Origin: Pseudomonadota bacterium
Lineage (GTDB): Archaea > Thermoplasmatota > SW-10-69-26 > JACQPN01 > JAJPHT01
DNA length: 27,702 nt
Direction of reading: 5' to 3'
NCBI GenBank assembly: GCA_021325135.1
Contig: JAJPHT010000048.1
Coordinates: 1 to 27,702 of the forward strand
Positions within the stretch are counted from its first letter, which is position 1. The number at the start of each line of letters is the position of its first letter. Shown here one piece after another: positions 8,429 through 17,554 of this stretch. The translations under genes were made by a program, and so were the position numbers. The notes under the pieces were generated by a model. It made no database searches. It was not told the DNA's origin and saw nothing but the letters and a program-made list of their open reading frames with translations.

Positions 8429-10294
8429 GTGGCGCGCGTGCCCCGCGCCGCGCCGCTGCTCGCCCTCCTCGCGCTGCTCCTCGCCGGGTGCGCCCAGCCG
8501 ACGGCGCCCAGGGAGATTCCCACGGGCGGCACGCCCGAAGCCTCGACCCTTCCCGCCTCCGCGACGCCGGTCGGCCAGCTCTCCCCTCCGTCGTCGCCGC
8601 CCCGCGGTGGCGACGGCACTGCCCTCGCGAGCCTTGGCGTCGCGCTCGCGCCCTACGACGCCGCGACGGGCCGCGCGGGGGACGTGGTGTTCGACCCCGC
8701 GCTGGACCTCCCCGTGCTGGAGTTCGGCGGCTCGCCCGATGCCACGCTGGAGCTTCGCGTCGCGCCGGGCGCCACCATCGCGGCGCCCGCCGCCGGCACG
8801 CTCTCCGCCGCGTGGCGCCTGGGGGACGGCACGCCCGCGCTCAACGTCACGCTCGCGGACGGCCGCATCGTCGTGCTGCTGCGCGTCGCGCCCACCGCCG
8901 CGCCGGGCCCCGTCGCCGCAGGCGCGGCCATCGCGAGGCCCAGCGAGGAGGGCGGCTCGTGGGAGCGCTACGGCATCGCGCTCCTCGACCCTTCGGGCTC
9001 CACGGCCACTTGCGCCGTCGCCGCCGCGCCGCGCGAGGTGGGCGACGCCATCGCCCGCCTGGAGGCCGACTGGCGCGCGTACAAGAACGATAGCAGCCTC
9101 TACCCCGCGTCCGAGCACGGGCTTCCCGGTTGCCGGTTCGGCCAGACGCCGTGGCGCCCCGATGGCGCGGGCCCCGCCGGGGAGGACCCCTACGCCAGGA
9201 CGCAGGCCACCCTCGCCGCGCTGCCCCCGTGCGGCGCCGCGCCGTTCAACGCCTCCCCCATGGCGCTGGGCGACGTCCACGGCATCGTCCCCCTGGGCAA
9301 CATCAACCCGCCGGAGCACACGCTCCCCAGCGACCACGTCTACCTCCTCTACCCGCGCCTCCCGGCGGGCAGCGCGACGGGCTTCGCCACAGTGGACGTC
9401 TTCGCTCCAGGTGATATCACTATCTACACGGTGCAGGAGCAGCTGGCGAGCCGCGACGGCGCGATCAACGACGACTTCGCCGTGGACTTCGCGCCCTGCC
9501 GCGAGGTCACGTCGTGGTTCGGGCACGTCTCCAGCCTCGCGGGGGGCCTCAAGGAGGCGTTCGACGCCGCGACCCGGGCCGACCCTGGCTCCTGCACGGA
9601 CTACGGCGACGCGGAGAGGAACGCGACGTTCCACGTCTGCAACGCGGTCCTGGAGTACCGCGCCAAGGCGGGCGAGAAGATCGGCGCGGGCGGCGGCAAG
9701 GCCAGCGCGGCGCTGGACATGGGCGCGCACGACTCGCGGGCTCCCCCGCTCCAGGGCGCCGTCTCGCCCGCGCGCTACCCCGGCGAGGAGAGCATCGTGT
9801 GCCCGCTCTCCCTTTTCTCGGATCCTCCCCGCGCCGCGCTGGAGGCGAAGCTCGGGCAGGACGGAGCGCCCCGCACGACGGAGCCGCGCTGCGGGACGCC
9901 CTTCCAGGACGTCGCGGGCACGCTGGCGGGGGCCTGGTTCCGCCCCGAGGTCGCGGCGGCCGACAGCCTGGGCCCCAACGGGTGGAACCGCACGCTGGAG
10001 AACGGCGTCGAGCCGTGGGACGGCACGACGGGCGTCCTCGCCCTGGGCGGGCCCGGCGACGCGCTGCGGCTCTCCTTCGCGCCGCGCCACGCGGGCTCCG
10101 TCGACCGCGCCTTCGCCGAGGTGACGCCCGGCGACGCCGTGTGGTGCTATCAATCCGACGAGCCCTCGCTGCAGGCCTCGTCCGTCCTCCTGCGGCTCGC
10201 GGACGCGACGCGCCTCGACCTGGCGCGCCTCGCGGGCCCCTGCGGCCCGGGGCCGTGGACCCTGGGCGCCGACGCGCTGGAGTACGTGAGGTGA
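8429..10294 (+). CDS. large putative lipoprotein with degenerate M23/hybrid-motif-like segments
   Basis: Lipobox LLAGC, motifs PLGNINPPEHTLPSDHVY, VFAPGD, KAGEKIG. Start is GTG 8429 or 8438. Confidence 0.75.
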   Translation: MARVPRAAPLLALLALLLAGCAQPTAPREIPTGGTPEASTLPASATPVGQLSPPSSPPRGGDGTALASLGVALAPYDAATGRAGDVVFDPALDLPVLEFGGSPDATLELRVAPGATIAAPAAGTLSAAWRLGDGTPALNVTLADGRIVVLLRVAPTAAPGPVAAGAAIARPSEEGGSWERYGIALLDPSGSTATCAVAAAPREVGDAIARLEADWRAYKNDSSLYPASEHGLPGCRFGQTPWRPDGAGPAGEDPYARTQATLAALPPCGAAPFNASPMALGDVHGIVPLGNINPPEHTLPSDHVYLLYPRLPAGSATGFATVDVFAPGDITIYTVQEQLASRDGAINDDFAVDFAPCREVTSWFGHVSSLAGGLKEAFDAATRADPGSCTDYGDAERNATFHVCNAVLEYRAKAGEKIGAGGGKASAALDMGAHDSRAPPLQGAVSPARYPGEESIVCPLSLFSDPPRAALEAKLGQDGAPRTTEPRCGTPFQDVAGTLAGAWFRPEVAAADSLGPNGWNRTLENGVEPWDGTTGVLALGGPGDALRLSFAPRHAGSVDRAFAEVTPGDAVWCYQSDEPSLQASSVLLRLADATRLDLARLAGPCGPGPWTLGADALEYVR

Positions 10295-10354
10295 AGGGCC
10301 CCATCGGCGAAGGCGCCACAAGGGCTTGGCCCCCCGGCGCCCCTCCCCTTCGCG

Positions 10355-10732
10355 ATGCCCTTCCTGCCGGCGGACCCCGAGGCGGCGTTCCGCGTGGGCA
10401 TCGGGGTGGCGGTCATCGCGCTGGAGGGCGCCGCCGCGCTGGTCATCCTCGTCGCGGCCGGCCGGGCGCTCCTCCGCTTCGTGGCGGGGCTGCTCGCGGG
10501 CTGGCGGCGCCAGGGCGCGGACGATCCCCAGACGCGCCTGCGCCTGGAGTTCGGCCGCAGCCTGCTCCTGGCCCTGGACTTCGCCATCGGCAGCGACGTG
10601 CTCAAGGTGGCCGTGGCGCCCAGCTTCCAGGCAGTGGGCATCATCGGCGTCGTCGTGCTCGTGCGAGTCGTCCTCACCTTCGTGCTGGAGCACGAGCTGG
10701 ACAAGGAGACGCGCGCGGGGCGCCCGGCGTAG
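10355..10732 (+). CDS. DUF1622-family membrane protein
   Basis: RLEFGRSLLLALDFAIGSDVLKVAVAPSFQAVGIIGVVVLVRVVLTFVLEHEL matches the family pattern. Confidence 0.85.
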   Translation: MPFLPADPEAAFRVGIGVAVIALEGAAALVILVAAGRALLRFVAGLLAGWRRQGADDPQTRLRLEFGRSLLLALDFAIGSDVLKVAVAPSFQAVGIIGVVVLVRVVLTFVLEHELDKETRAGRPA

Positions 10733-10753
10733 GCGTGGAAGATGACGGGGCCT

Positions 10754-11035
10754 TCAGGGCATCAGGGTGGGCAGGTCGCCGCAGGGGCCCAGGACGCGGG
10801 GCACGGGGAGCGGGCCCGGGTCGAAGGTGGGCAGGCAGTAGATGATGATCAGGATGGGGCGCCCGAAGAGGTCCACCTCGACGCGGCCTTCGCCGCCGCA
10901 GGCGCCCACGTAGACGACGTTGAGCGGGTTCTCGACGGAGGGCGCGACGCACACCGATCCGGCGCTGGCCGCAGGCGTCGCCAGGGGCAGGATCGCCAGG
11001 AGCGGGACGAGGAGGGCAAGGAGGCGCGCGGTCAT
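10754..11035 (-). CDS. small secreted 4-Cys protein, paralogue A
   Basis: Signal peptide ending PAASA. Shares SVCVAPSxxNxxNVVYVGACGG with 11090..11380. Confidence 0.8.
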   Translation of the reverse strand: MTARLLALLVPLLAILPLATPAASAGSVCVAPSVENPLNVVYVGACGGEGRVEVDLFGRPILIIIYCLPTFDPGPLPVPRVLGPCGDLPTLMP

Positions 11036-11059
11036 CGCCTCTCCATGGGCGCGAGGCCG

Positions 11060-11085
11060 ATAAGCTCTGTAGGCACCCGGTTTCC
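11060..11085 (-). promoter_or_regulatory. conserved promoter/operator, copy 1 (GGAAACCGGGTGCCTA-N3-AGCTTAT)
   Basis: Near-identical to 11405-11430. CTTAT ends 25 nt before the start codon in both copies. Confidence 0.7.
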
Positions 11086-11089
11086 ACCC

Positions 11090-11380
11090 TCACGGAAGCA
11101 GGTCGTGGTACGAGGGGGGCTGCTCCAGCATCTGGACCCAGGGCTCCAGGGTCTGCGCGAGGGGGAACCGGCAGGGCACGACCCCCGAGCCCCCTTCCAG
11201 CCCGCAGACGACGACGCTCTGGCCCGCCGCGGAGACCGAGACGTAACCACCGCACGCGCCGACGTACACGACGTTGGGAGCGTTGTCCAGAGAGGGCGCG
11301 ACGCAGACGCTGTCAGCCCGCGCCGCCAGGGGCGGGAGCGCGAGGAGCACGAGGAAAACGGCCGCGGCGCGCGGGAGCAC
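11090..11380 (-). CDS. small secreted 4-Cys protein, paralogue B
   Basis: GTG start at 11380, signal peptide, SVCVAPSLDNAPNVVYVGACGG. Confidence 0.8.
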   Translation of the reverse strand: MLPRAAAVFLVLLALPPLAARADSVCVAPSLDNAPNVVYVGACGGYVSVSAAGQSVVVCGLEGGSGVVPCRFPLAQTLEPWVQMLEQPPSYHDLLP

Positions 11381-11404
11381 GGCTCCGGATCGAAGGGGGG
11401 CCCC

Positions 11405-11430
11405 ATAAGCTGCATAGGCACCCGGTTTCC
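11405..11430 (-). promoter_or_regulatory. conserved promoter/operator, copy 2
   Basis: ATAAGCT-N3-TAGGCACCCGGTTTCC on the plus strand, in the divergent gap before the wHTH regulator. Confidence 0.7.
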
Positions 11431-11487
11431 CGCCTCGTGCGCGCGCAGCGAGAACCATTTTGACGTGGCGCGGGCATCCGGCCGCCC

Positions 11488-13098
11488 GTGCGCGCCCTCC
11501 CCCTCGCGCTCCTCGTCGCGCTGCTGCTGCCCCTCCCCGTCTCGGCGCGCGGCCCGGCCCACGTGGAGGTCGACCTCGCGACGCCCATCCCGCCCGCCCT
11601 GCTGGGCGACCTGGACGTGGAGGCCCCGGGCGGCATCGTCAACCTCTCGGCCGCGTCCCTGGCGGGCGAGCCCGTCGACCTCTCGTGGGTCGCAGGCGAC
11701 GCCGAGGTGACGCGCGCCTCGTGGCTGGGCGTCGCGGAGCCCGTGGAAGGGGGCGCGTATGCGCAGCTCCCTCCCGACTCGCAGGATGCGCCCCTGGGCC
11801 CCGGCCGCCTCCTGGGCATCGAGTGCGGGCCCTCGTGCCGCGTCGTCCTGGCCGCGGACGAGGGCACCTCCGTCCTCCTCCACGGCCGGCTCGAAGGCTC
11901 GGTGGGCCGCCTGGAGCGCGACCTCCAGGTCTGCCCCGAGGTGTGCGCCGCCCAGGCGTTCCCCTCGTGCATCCGCGCCTGCCCCGAGGAGGGCGCCCGC
12001 GGCGTCGTGATCCCGCGGGGCGACTTCGCCTTCGGCGGCGACGCGGCGTCCCTGCGCGACGCCACGCTGCGGGCCTCCGGGCGCCTCACGCTCCTGGCCA
12101 CCGACGCGGTCCTCGTCGTGGAGGCGCAGAACGGGACGCGCCGCCTCGACGTGCTCACGCGCAGCGACGTGCCCGCAAGCCCCCTCCCCGGCGCGGGCCC
12201 GCGCGCGTACCAGAACGGCTACGCCTGGATCGTCCTCGCGGGCGCGCGCCTGGAGACGCCCGTGGGCACGCGCGCCCTCCTCTACGCCCACGAGCCGCGC
12301 GTCTCCCTCCAGGGCATCGTCGCCTTGGACCACGCCGCCGGCGCCGTGGCCGTGGACGGGCGCTCCTTCGACGCGCACGACGCGCGCCTCCTCCTGGAGG
12401 GCTCCGGTGAGGCGCGCCTCGCGCCCGTCGCCACCCCCTCGCTCCTCTCCGGCCCGCCGCAGTCGCGCCTCCGGTTCACGGGCGCCGCCACCAGCGTCGA
12501 GCTGGACGGCGCGCCCCTCCTCGTGGAGGACGCGGGTGCCGCGCAGGACGTCGCCCGCGACGCCACGCTCGCGGCGCTCCTCCTCGCCGCGCTCCTGGCC
12601 GCGGGGCGGCTCCTCTGGGCGCCGCTCTACACGCGCCTCAACGCCGCCACCGTGCTGCGCAACCCCAACCGCCTGCGCGTCTACGAGGTGGTCTGCGAGA
12701 GGCGCCCCGCCACGCTGCGCGACCTGCGCGCCGCCACGGGGCTCGCCCGCGTCGTGCTCCAGCACCACCTGCGCATGCTGGAGGTCCACGGCTTCGTCGC
12801 GCGCCGCCGCCAGGGGAGCGCCTACGTCTACTTCGCCGCCGAGCACGCGCCCCCCGCGTCCGACCCCGCATGGGCGCTCCTGGCGGACCTCACGCGCCGC
12901 GGCGTCGCCGTCGCCCTGGCGCGCTCCCCAGGCCCCCTGACGCAGGTGGAGATCGCCGCCGCCTCCGGCGTCTCGCGGCGCCTGGCCAGCTACCACCTGC
13001 GCCTCCTGCGGCACGCCGACCTCGTGCGCGAGGAGCCCGGCCTGCCCCACCGCTACGCGCCCACGCCCCGGCTGCTGGCGCTCCTGGAAACGGGCTGA
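11488..13098 (+). CDS. membrane-tethered transcription regulator: signal peptide, extracellular domain, TM helix, tandem ArsR-like winged HTH
   Basis: Signal MRALPLALLVALLLPLPVSA, TM LAALLLAALLAAGRLLWAPLYTRL, HTH1 NPNRLRVYEVV…LQHHLRMLE, HTH2 LTQVEIAAASGVSRRLASYHLRLL. Confidence 0.85.
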   Translation: MRALPLALLVALLLPLPVSARGPAHVEVDLATPIPPALLGDLDVEAPGGIVNLSAASLAGEPVDLSWVAGDAEVTRASWLGVAEPVEGGAYAQLPPDSQDAPLGPGRLLGIECGPSCRVVLAADEGTSVLLHGRLEGSVGRLERDLQVCPEVCAAQAFPSCIRACPEEGARGVVIPRGDFAFGGDAASLRDATLRASGRLTLLATDAVLVVEAQNGTRRLDVLTRSDVPASPLPGAGPRAYQNGYAWIVLAGARLETPVGTRALLYAHEPRVSLQGIVALDHAAGAVAVDGRSFDAHDARLLLEGSGEARLAPVATPSLLSGPPQSRLRFTGAATSVELDGAPLLVEDAGAAQDVARDATLAALLLAALLAAGRLLWAPLYTRLNAATVLRNPNRLRVYEVVCERRPATLRDLRAATGLARVVLQHHLRMLEVHGFVARRRQGSAYVYFAAEHAPPASDPAWALLADLTRRGVAVALARSPGPLTQVEIAAASGVSRRLASYHLRLLRHADLVREEPGLPHRYAPTPRLLALLETG

Positions 13099-13164
13099 CC
13101 CGAAACGGGATGTCGGTCGCGGCAAGTGCTCTCCACGGGCCCCCGGCCCAGGAGACACAACCCC

Positions 13165-13605
13165 ATGAAGATCGTCTGGATCCTCACCCTCTCGCTTGCG
13201 ACCCTCGCCCTCGCCGACATCCCCTCCCCCGCCAGCGCGGGCACGTGCGTCATCAACGCCGGCTGGAGCTGTACCGGCACCTGCGTCTACAACGGAGGCG
13301 CGTGCGGCAGCCAGCTTTGCGTCTACAACGGCGCGGGCGCCACCTGCAACGGCCTCTGCGAGGTCAACGTCGCGGGCACCTGCGGCACGGGCGGCCTCTG
13401 CGTCGTGAACGCGGGCGCCTGCGCCACGGGCGCCGACTGCTTCGTGAACCTGGCCACGTGCCAGACGGGCGGCGTCTGCGCCGTCAACGACGGCCTCTGC
13501 AAGACCGGCGGCGTCTGCGGCGTCAACCTGGGCACGTGCAGCAGCACCGCGACCTGCATCGTCAACATCGCGACCTGCCAGCTCATCGTCGACGGCGTCG
13601 CGTAA
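13165..13605 (+). CDS. secreted Cys-repeat protein (9 repeats of C-x-x-N-x(3-5)-C)
   Basis: GGAG RBS, signal peptide ending SPASA, 18 Cys in repeats of 12-14 aa. Confidence 0.85.
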   Translation: MKIVWILTLSLATLALADIPSPASAGTCVINAGWSCTGTCVYNGGACGSQLCVYNGAGATCNGLCEVNVAGTCGTGGLCVVNAGACATGADCFVNLATCQTGGVCAVNDGLCKTGGVCGVNLGTCSSTATCIVNIATCQLIVDGVA

Positions 13606-13618
13606 GCTCAGGATGATC

Positions 13619-13640
13619 CGGGGGGCGGCGACGCCCCCCG
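13619..13640. terminator. GC hairpin between convergent genes
   Basis: CGGGGGGCG-GCGA-CGCCCCCCG, a 9-bp stem with a GNRA loop. Confidence 0.55.
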
Positions 13641-13648
13641 CCTCCGTC

Positions 13649-15097
13649 TCATCCGCCCAGCATGGGCGCCAGGGCCTCGTCCAGCTTGAGGACGTAGAGC
13701 CCGCTGCCGCGCTCGCTCACCAGGAGATACGTCTTCCCGTCCGTGGGCGACGTGAGCCACTTCGCGTCGTACACGTTGGGGAAGTAGGCCTCGGGGAAGT
13801 TGGGCGTCTTCCTCCACACCTGCCCCTGGAAGGGCGAGGTCTCGTTGCCGTGCGGCTCGTAGAACGCCACGGCGTAGGGCTGCGTGGGGTCGCTGACGTT
13901 CAGGACCCACACGCCCGCGTGGTAGTGCGCGACGGCCATGAGGTCGCCTCGGAAGGCAAAATTGTGGGGCGACATGAGGAAGGGCTGGTCGTTCTCCACG
14001 AAGCCGGGGAGGCGCCAGTGGCCGATCTGGCCGAACGCGTCGGGCTTCGTCACGTCATACGCCCGCAGGTAGCCCGGCTCGCCGGGCGAGACGTCGATCT
14101 CGGGCCCGCTCCACGCGATCACCTTGCCGCCGCGCAGCGTGGGGTCGGGGCGGAAGAAGTGGATGTTGTTGCGCGTGGAAGGCGCCATGACGTCGTCGTA
14201 GTGGAGCAGCGTGGGCGTCGCGGGGTTGGTGATATCGACGATGACCGCGCCGCAGTCCCAGTACGCGATGTAGAGGAGAAGCTGGTGCGTGAGGGGGTGC
14301 TCCTCCGCCCACTGGTCGTGGGGGAAGCAGCCGCCGGGCTTCGTGGCCGCGATGGTCTCCACGAACTGGTACTGGCCCACGGGCTTCAGCGTCGGGCCCG
14401 CGGGCGTGTCCAGCAGCTCGGCGATCTTCACGTCGTTCCCCACGGGCTCGGTGTAGACGTCGCCGGTGGGGAGCCCTTCGCGCACGGGCTGGCCGTTGTA
14501 GATGAGGTAGCGGTGCCCCTGCCACTCGGTGTAGAACATGACGTGGCTCCCCTGCACCTCCACGGGGACGAAGCCCGCGAGCTTGGGGTGCGCCTTGTCG
14601 CGCACGTCCACGATCTGGATGCCCAGGCCGTCGCCGGCCAGCGGGGCGCCCGCGACGTCGGCGGCGCCGGGCTGGCGCTGGAGGTTGAGGAACACGTAGT
14701 CCCCTTCGGGGGTGGGCACGGCCTCCTGCGAAGCGCCGCCAGGCGTGCTGTACTGGCTCACGAGCCGGGGCTCCCGCGGGTCGCTGACGTTCACGATGAG
14801 GAAGCCCGCGTGCGCGCCGTCGGTGGCAAGGTACGCCAGGTCGCCCACGATGCGCAGGCCCGCGAAGCCCTCGGTGCCGAGCTCCTGGGGGATCAGCGGG
14901 CTCCAGTTCACCAGGGAGAGGCCGTACTTCGCCGTGTGCAGCGAGGCGTCGGTGTGGTTGTGCTTCATCTCGATGGGCTCGCCGATGGCCTGCGCCAGGC
15001 TGGAGGCGCTGGGCGGGGGCGTGGCGGCGGGGGTCCCTCCGGGGCCGGCGACGCAGCCGGCGACGAGGGCCAGGAGCACGAGGAGGCTCGCGCGCAC
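13649..15097 (-). CDS. LVIVD-repeat-like beta-propeller lipoprotein
   Basis: Lipobox VAGC, repeats FLIVNVSDP, IQIVDVRDKAHP, AVIVDITNPATP, VWVLNVSDPTQP. Confidence 0.85.
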   Translation of the reverse strand: MRASLLVLLALVAGCVAGPGGTPAATPPPSASSLAQAIGEPIEMKHNHTDASLHTAKYGLSLVNWSPLIPQELGTEGFAGLRIVGDLAYLATDGAHAGFLIVNVSDPREPRLVSQYSTPGGASQEAVPTPEGDYVFLNLQRQPGAADVAGAPLAGDGLGIQIVDVRDKAHPKLAGFVPVEVQGSHVMFYTEWQGHRYLIYNGQPVREGLPTGDVYTEPVGNDVKIAELLDTPAGPTLKPVGQYQFVETIAATKPGGCFPHDQWAEEHPLTHQLLLYIAYWDCGAVIVDITNPATPTLLHYDDVMAPSTRNNIHFFRPDPTLRGGKVIAWSGPEIDVSPGEPGYLRAYDVTKPDAFGQIGHWRLPGFVENDQPFLMSPHNFAFRGDLMAVAHYHAGVWVLNVSDPTQPYAVAFYEPHGNETSPFQGQVWRKTPNFPEAYFPNVYDAKWLTSPTDGKTYLLVSERGSGLYVLKLDEALAPMLGG

Positions 15098-15203
15098 GCA
15101 GGGGCACCCCCGCCCCGGGACCTAAAGCGTTGTGGCGACGCGCTTCCCACGGGGGCCCTTCCCGTCGCTTGGTATTTGCGAGGGGCGCGCGGTCCGCAGC
15201 GCG

Positions 15204-15698
15204 ATGGCCGAGATCCGCCTGCGCCACCGCGCCCGCATGCGCGAGAAGGACGCCGCCCGCCTCGCGGAGAGCCTCGCCGCCGCCTTCGGCATCGCGGACC
15301 CGTTCCCCCCCTCGGTGGAGCGCGCGGACGCAGGCGACTACGACGTGCTCATCCAGGGGGGCCGCGTCATCGCGTTCATCCGCCGCGAGCCCGAGCGCAT
15401 CGCCCCCACGGCGCGCCTCCTCATGGCCAAGAAGCCCACCAAGGCCTACGTCACGGTGGACATGGGCGCCGTGAAGTTCGTGAACAACGGCGCGGACGTC
15501 ATGGCGCCCGGCATCACCGAGGCCGACCCCGCCATCCAGGTGGGCGACCTGGTGTGGGTGCGCGACGAGAAGAACAAGGTCCCCCTGGCGGTGGGCGAGG
15601 CCGTGATCCCCGGCGCGCAGATGCCCCGCGGCCCCAAGGGGAAGGCCGTGAAGAGCCTCCACCGCGTGGGCGACGAGCTCTGGAGCCTGGAGCTATAA
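15204..15698 (+). CDS. DUF1947/PUA-domain RNA-binding protein (MCT-1/Tma20-like)
   Basis: VTVDMGAVKFVNNGADVMAPGI…KGKAVKSLHRVGDELW. Confidence 0.92.
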   Translation: MAEIRLRHRARMREKDAARLAESLAAAFGIADPFPPSVERADAGDYDVLIQGGRVIAFIRREPERIAPTARLLMAKKPTKAYVTVDMGAVKFVNNGADVMAPGITEADPAIQVGDLVWVRDEKNKVPLAVGEAVIPGAQMPRGPKGKAVKSLHRVGDELWSLEL

Positions 15699-15739
15699 GG
15701 CCGAGGTATAAGTGACGCCATCCCGTTTCCCCGGCGCCG

Positions 15740-17554
15740 ATGCTGTCGCCTGACGCCTTCCTCAAGGCCGTCGCGGCCGTCGTCTGCGGCGCCTTCGGTG
15801 CCCTCCTCCTGGGCCTCGCCGGACGCAGCGCGCGCTGGCGCCTCCTGGGGGTCTTCCTCGCCCTCATCGCCGGGAACCAGGCCGCGGAGGCCGTGCGCAG
15901 CGCCGCCGGCCCCGGCACGCAGGCGGCGCTCCTGGCGTTCCGCGCCGCCACGGTGTGCGCGTCGCTGGACCCGCTGGTGCTGCTCCTGGTGCTGCGCCGC
16001 TCCACGCGCGCGGGGAGCCGCCTCCTCGTGGGCGCCACGGGGGCCGCCGCGCTGGCGATGCTCCTCCAGGCCCTCTTCGCGCCCGCCTCGTGGATCGGGT
16101 CCGAGGCCTTCCGCAAGGCCTTCTTCGCCTACACGGCGCTGGCCTACCTCGCGGCCCTGACGCTGGGCGTCCTCGTCGCCCTGGAGGAGCCGCGCTCCGT
16201 CTCGCGCCGCTTCGTGCTGGCCGCCCTCGTCGTCGCCATCGCGCCCGTGCTGGTCAACTTCGTCACGCTCCTCGTGGCCTTCGTGGGCGTCCAGGACCTG
16301 CCCGGCGACATGCTCGGCCTCGCGGCCGTCGTCCTCGCGGGCGCCTTCCTCCGGCGTCGCCTCGCCCGCGCCTCGCCCCGCCTCGCGGGGACGTTCCTCC
16401 TGGCGCTCTCCCTCGCCATCCCGCTCACGGCGCTCCTGGACGTGTACCACCTCACGGCGGCGCTGCGCGTGCACGGCGCCGCCGAGGCCGTCTCGGTGAA
16501 CCTGGGCCGCGGCGGGGCCGCCATCCGCTGGCTCCTCTTCGGCTCGCTGGCCTCCATCGCGCTGATCCGCTACAACGAGGTGGGCCTGGGGGCCGCGCAG
16601 CGCCGCCTCTGCGCGCGCGTGCTGGCCGCGCTGGGCCTCCTCACAGTCGCGACGCTCCTCCTCATCACCGTCCACGCGCTGGGCGGCGCGCAGGACCTTT
16701 CCATCACCCCCACGGAGGCGGTGCTCCTCGCGGGCGTCCTCGTGCTCTCGCAGGGGTTCCGCTCCATGGTGGAGAGCGTCGCCGTGCGCGTCTACGGGCT
16801 CCCCTCCGGAGGCTCCACGGCCGCGGAGCCCGAGGAGCCGATGCGCCTGGGGGCCCTCGTGCGGGAGCGATATCGCGTGGACGCCTTCCTGGGGCGCGGC
16901 GGCTTCGGGCGCGTCTACCGCGTGCACGACCTCCTCCTGCGTCGCGACGTCGTCGTGAAGGAATTGCTCTGCGACGACGAGGGGGACGCCGAGCGCGTGC
17001 TTCGCGAGGCGCGCATCGCGGGCGCCGTTCGGCACCCCAACGTGGTGGCCGTCCACGACGCCATCCTCCGCACGGGCTCCATCCTCGTCGTGCAGGAGTT
17101 CGTGGAGGGGGGCACGCTGGGCTCGCGCCTGGCGCAGGACCCCCCGGCCCCCAAGGAGGCCGAGGCCATCCTGGACGACGTGCTGCGCGGGCTTGCCACG
17201 CTCCACGCCAAGGGGATCGTGCACGGCGACCTCAACCCCTCCAACGTCCTCCTCACGGCCGAGGGGCGCGCGAAGATCGCGGACTTCGGCGTCTCCGCGC
17301 AGCGCGGCCGCCACACCGTCGCCGTGGGCTCGCTCCCCGCCGCGTGGACGCCCGGCTACGTCGCGCCCGAGGTCGCGCGCGGCGGCGAGCGCACGCCCGC
17401 CTCCGACGTGTACGCCGCGGGCCTGCTCGCGCAGCGCCTCGTGGGCGAGGGCGACCTCGTGCGCCGCGCGCTGGACCCCGACCCTGCCAAGCGCTGGCCC
17501 GACGGCGCCGCGATGCTGGCGGCCTTCGAGGGGCGCTCCCTTCACGTCCAGTAG
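15740..17554 (+). CDS. polytopic membrane Hanks-type Ser/Thr protein kinase
   Basis: About 350 aa of hydrophobic helices, then LGRGGFGRVY, VVVK, HGDLNPSN, DFG, TPGYVAPE, SDVYAAG. TATAAG at 15707-15712. Confidence 0.9.
   Translation: MLSPDAFLKAVAAVVCGAFGALLLGLAGRSARWRLLGVFLALIAGNQAAEAVRSAAGPGTQAALLAFRAATVCASLDPLVLLLVLRRSTRAGSRLLVGATGAAALAMLLQALFAPASWIGSEAFRKAFFAYTALAYLAALTLGVLVALEEPRSVSRRFVLAALVVAIAPVLVNFVTLLVAFVGVQDLPGDMLGLAAVVLAGAFLRRRLARASPRLAGTFLLALSLAIPLTALLDVYHLTAALRVHGAAEAVSVNLGRGGAAIRWLLFGSLASIALIRYNEVGLGAAQRRLCARVLAALGLLTVATLLLITVHALGGAQDLSITPTEAVLLAGVLVLSQGFRSMVESVAVRVYGLPSGGSTAAEPEEPMRLGALVRERYRVDAFLGRGGFGRVYRVHDLLLRRDVVVKELLCDDEGDAERVLREARIAGAVRHPNVVAVHDAILRTGSILVVQEFVEGGTLGSRLAQDPPAPKEAEAILDDVLRGLATLHAKGIVHGDLNPSNVLLTAEGRAKIADFGVSAQRGRHTVAVGSLPAAWTPGYVAPEVARGGERTPASDVYAAGLLAQRLVGEGDLVRRALDPDPAKRWPDGAAMLAAFEGRSLHVQ

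Noticed and set aside
13165-13605. Antifreeze protein assignment
   Set aside because: It lacks the regular Thr-Cys-Thr ice-binding array; only the repeat geometry is analogous
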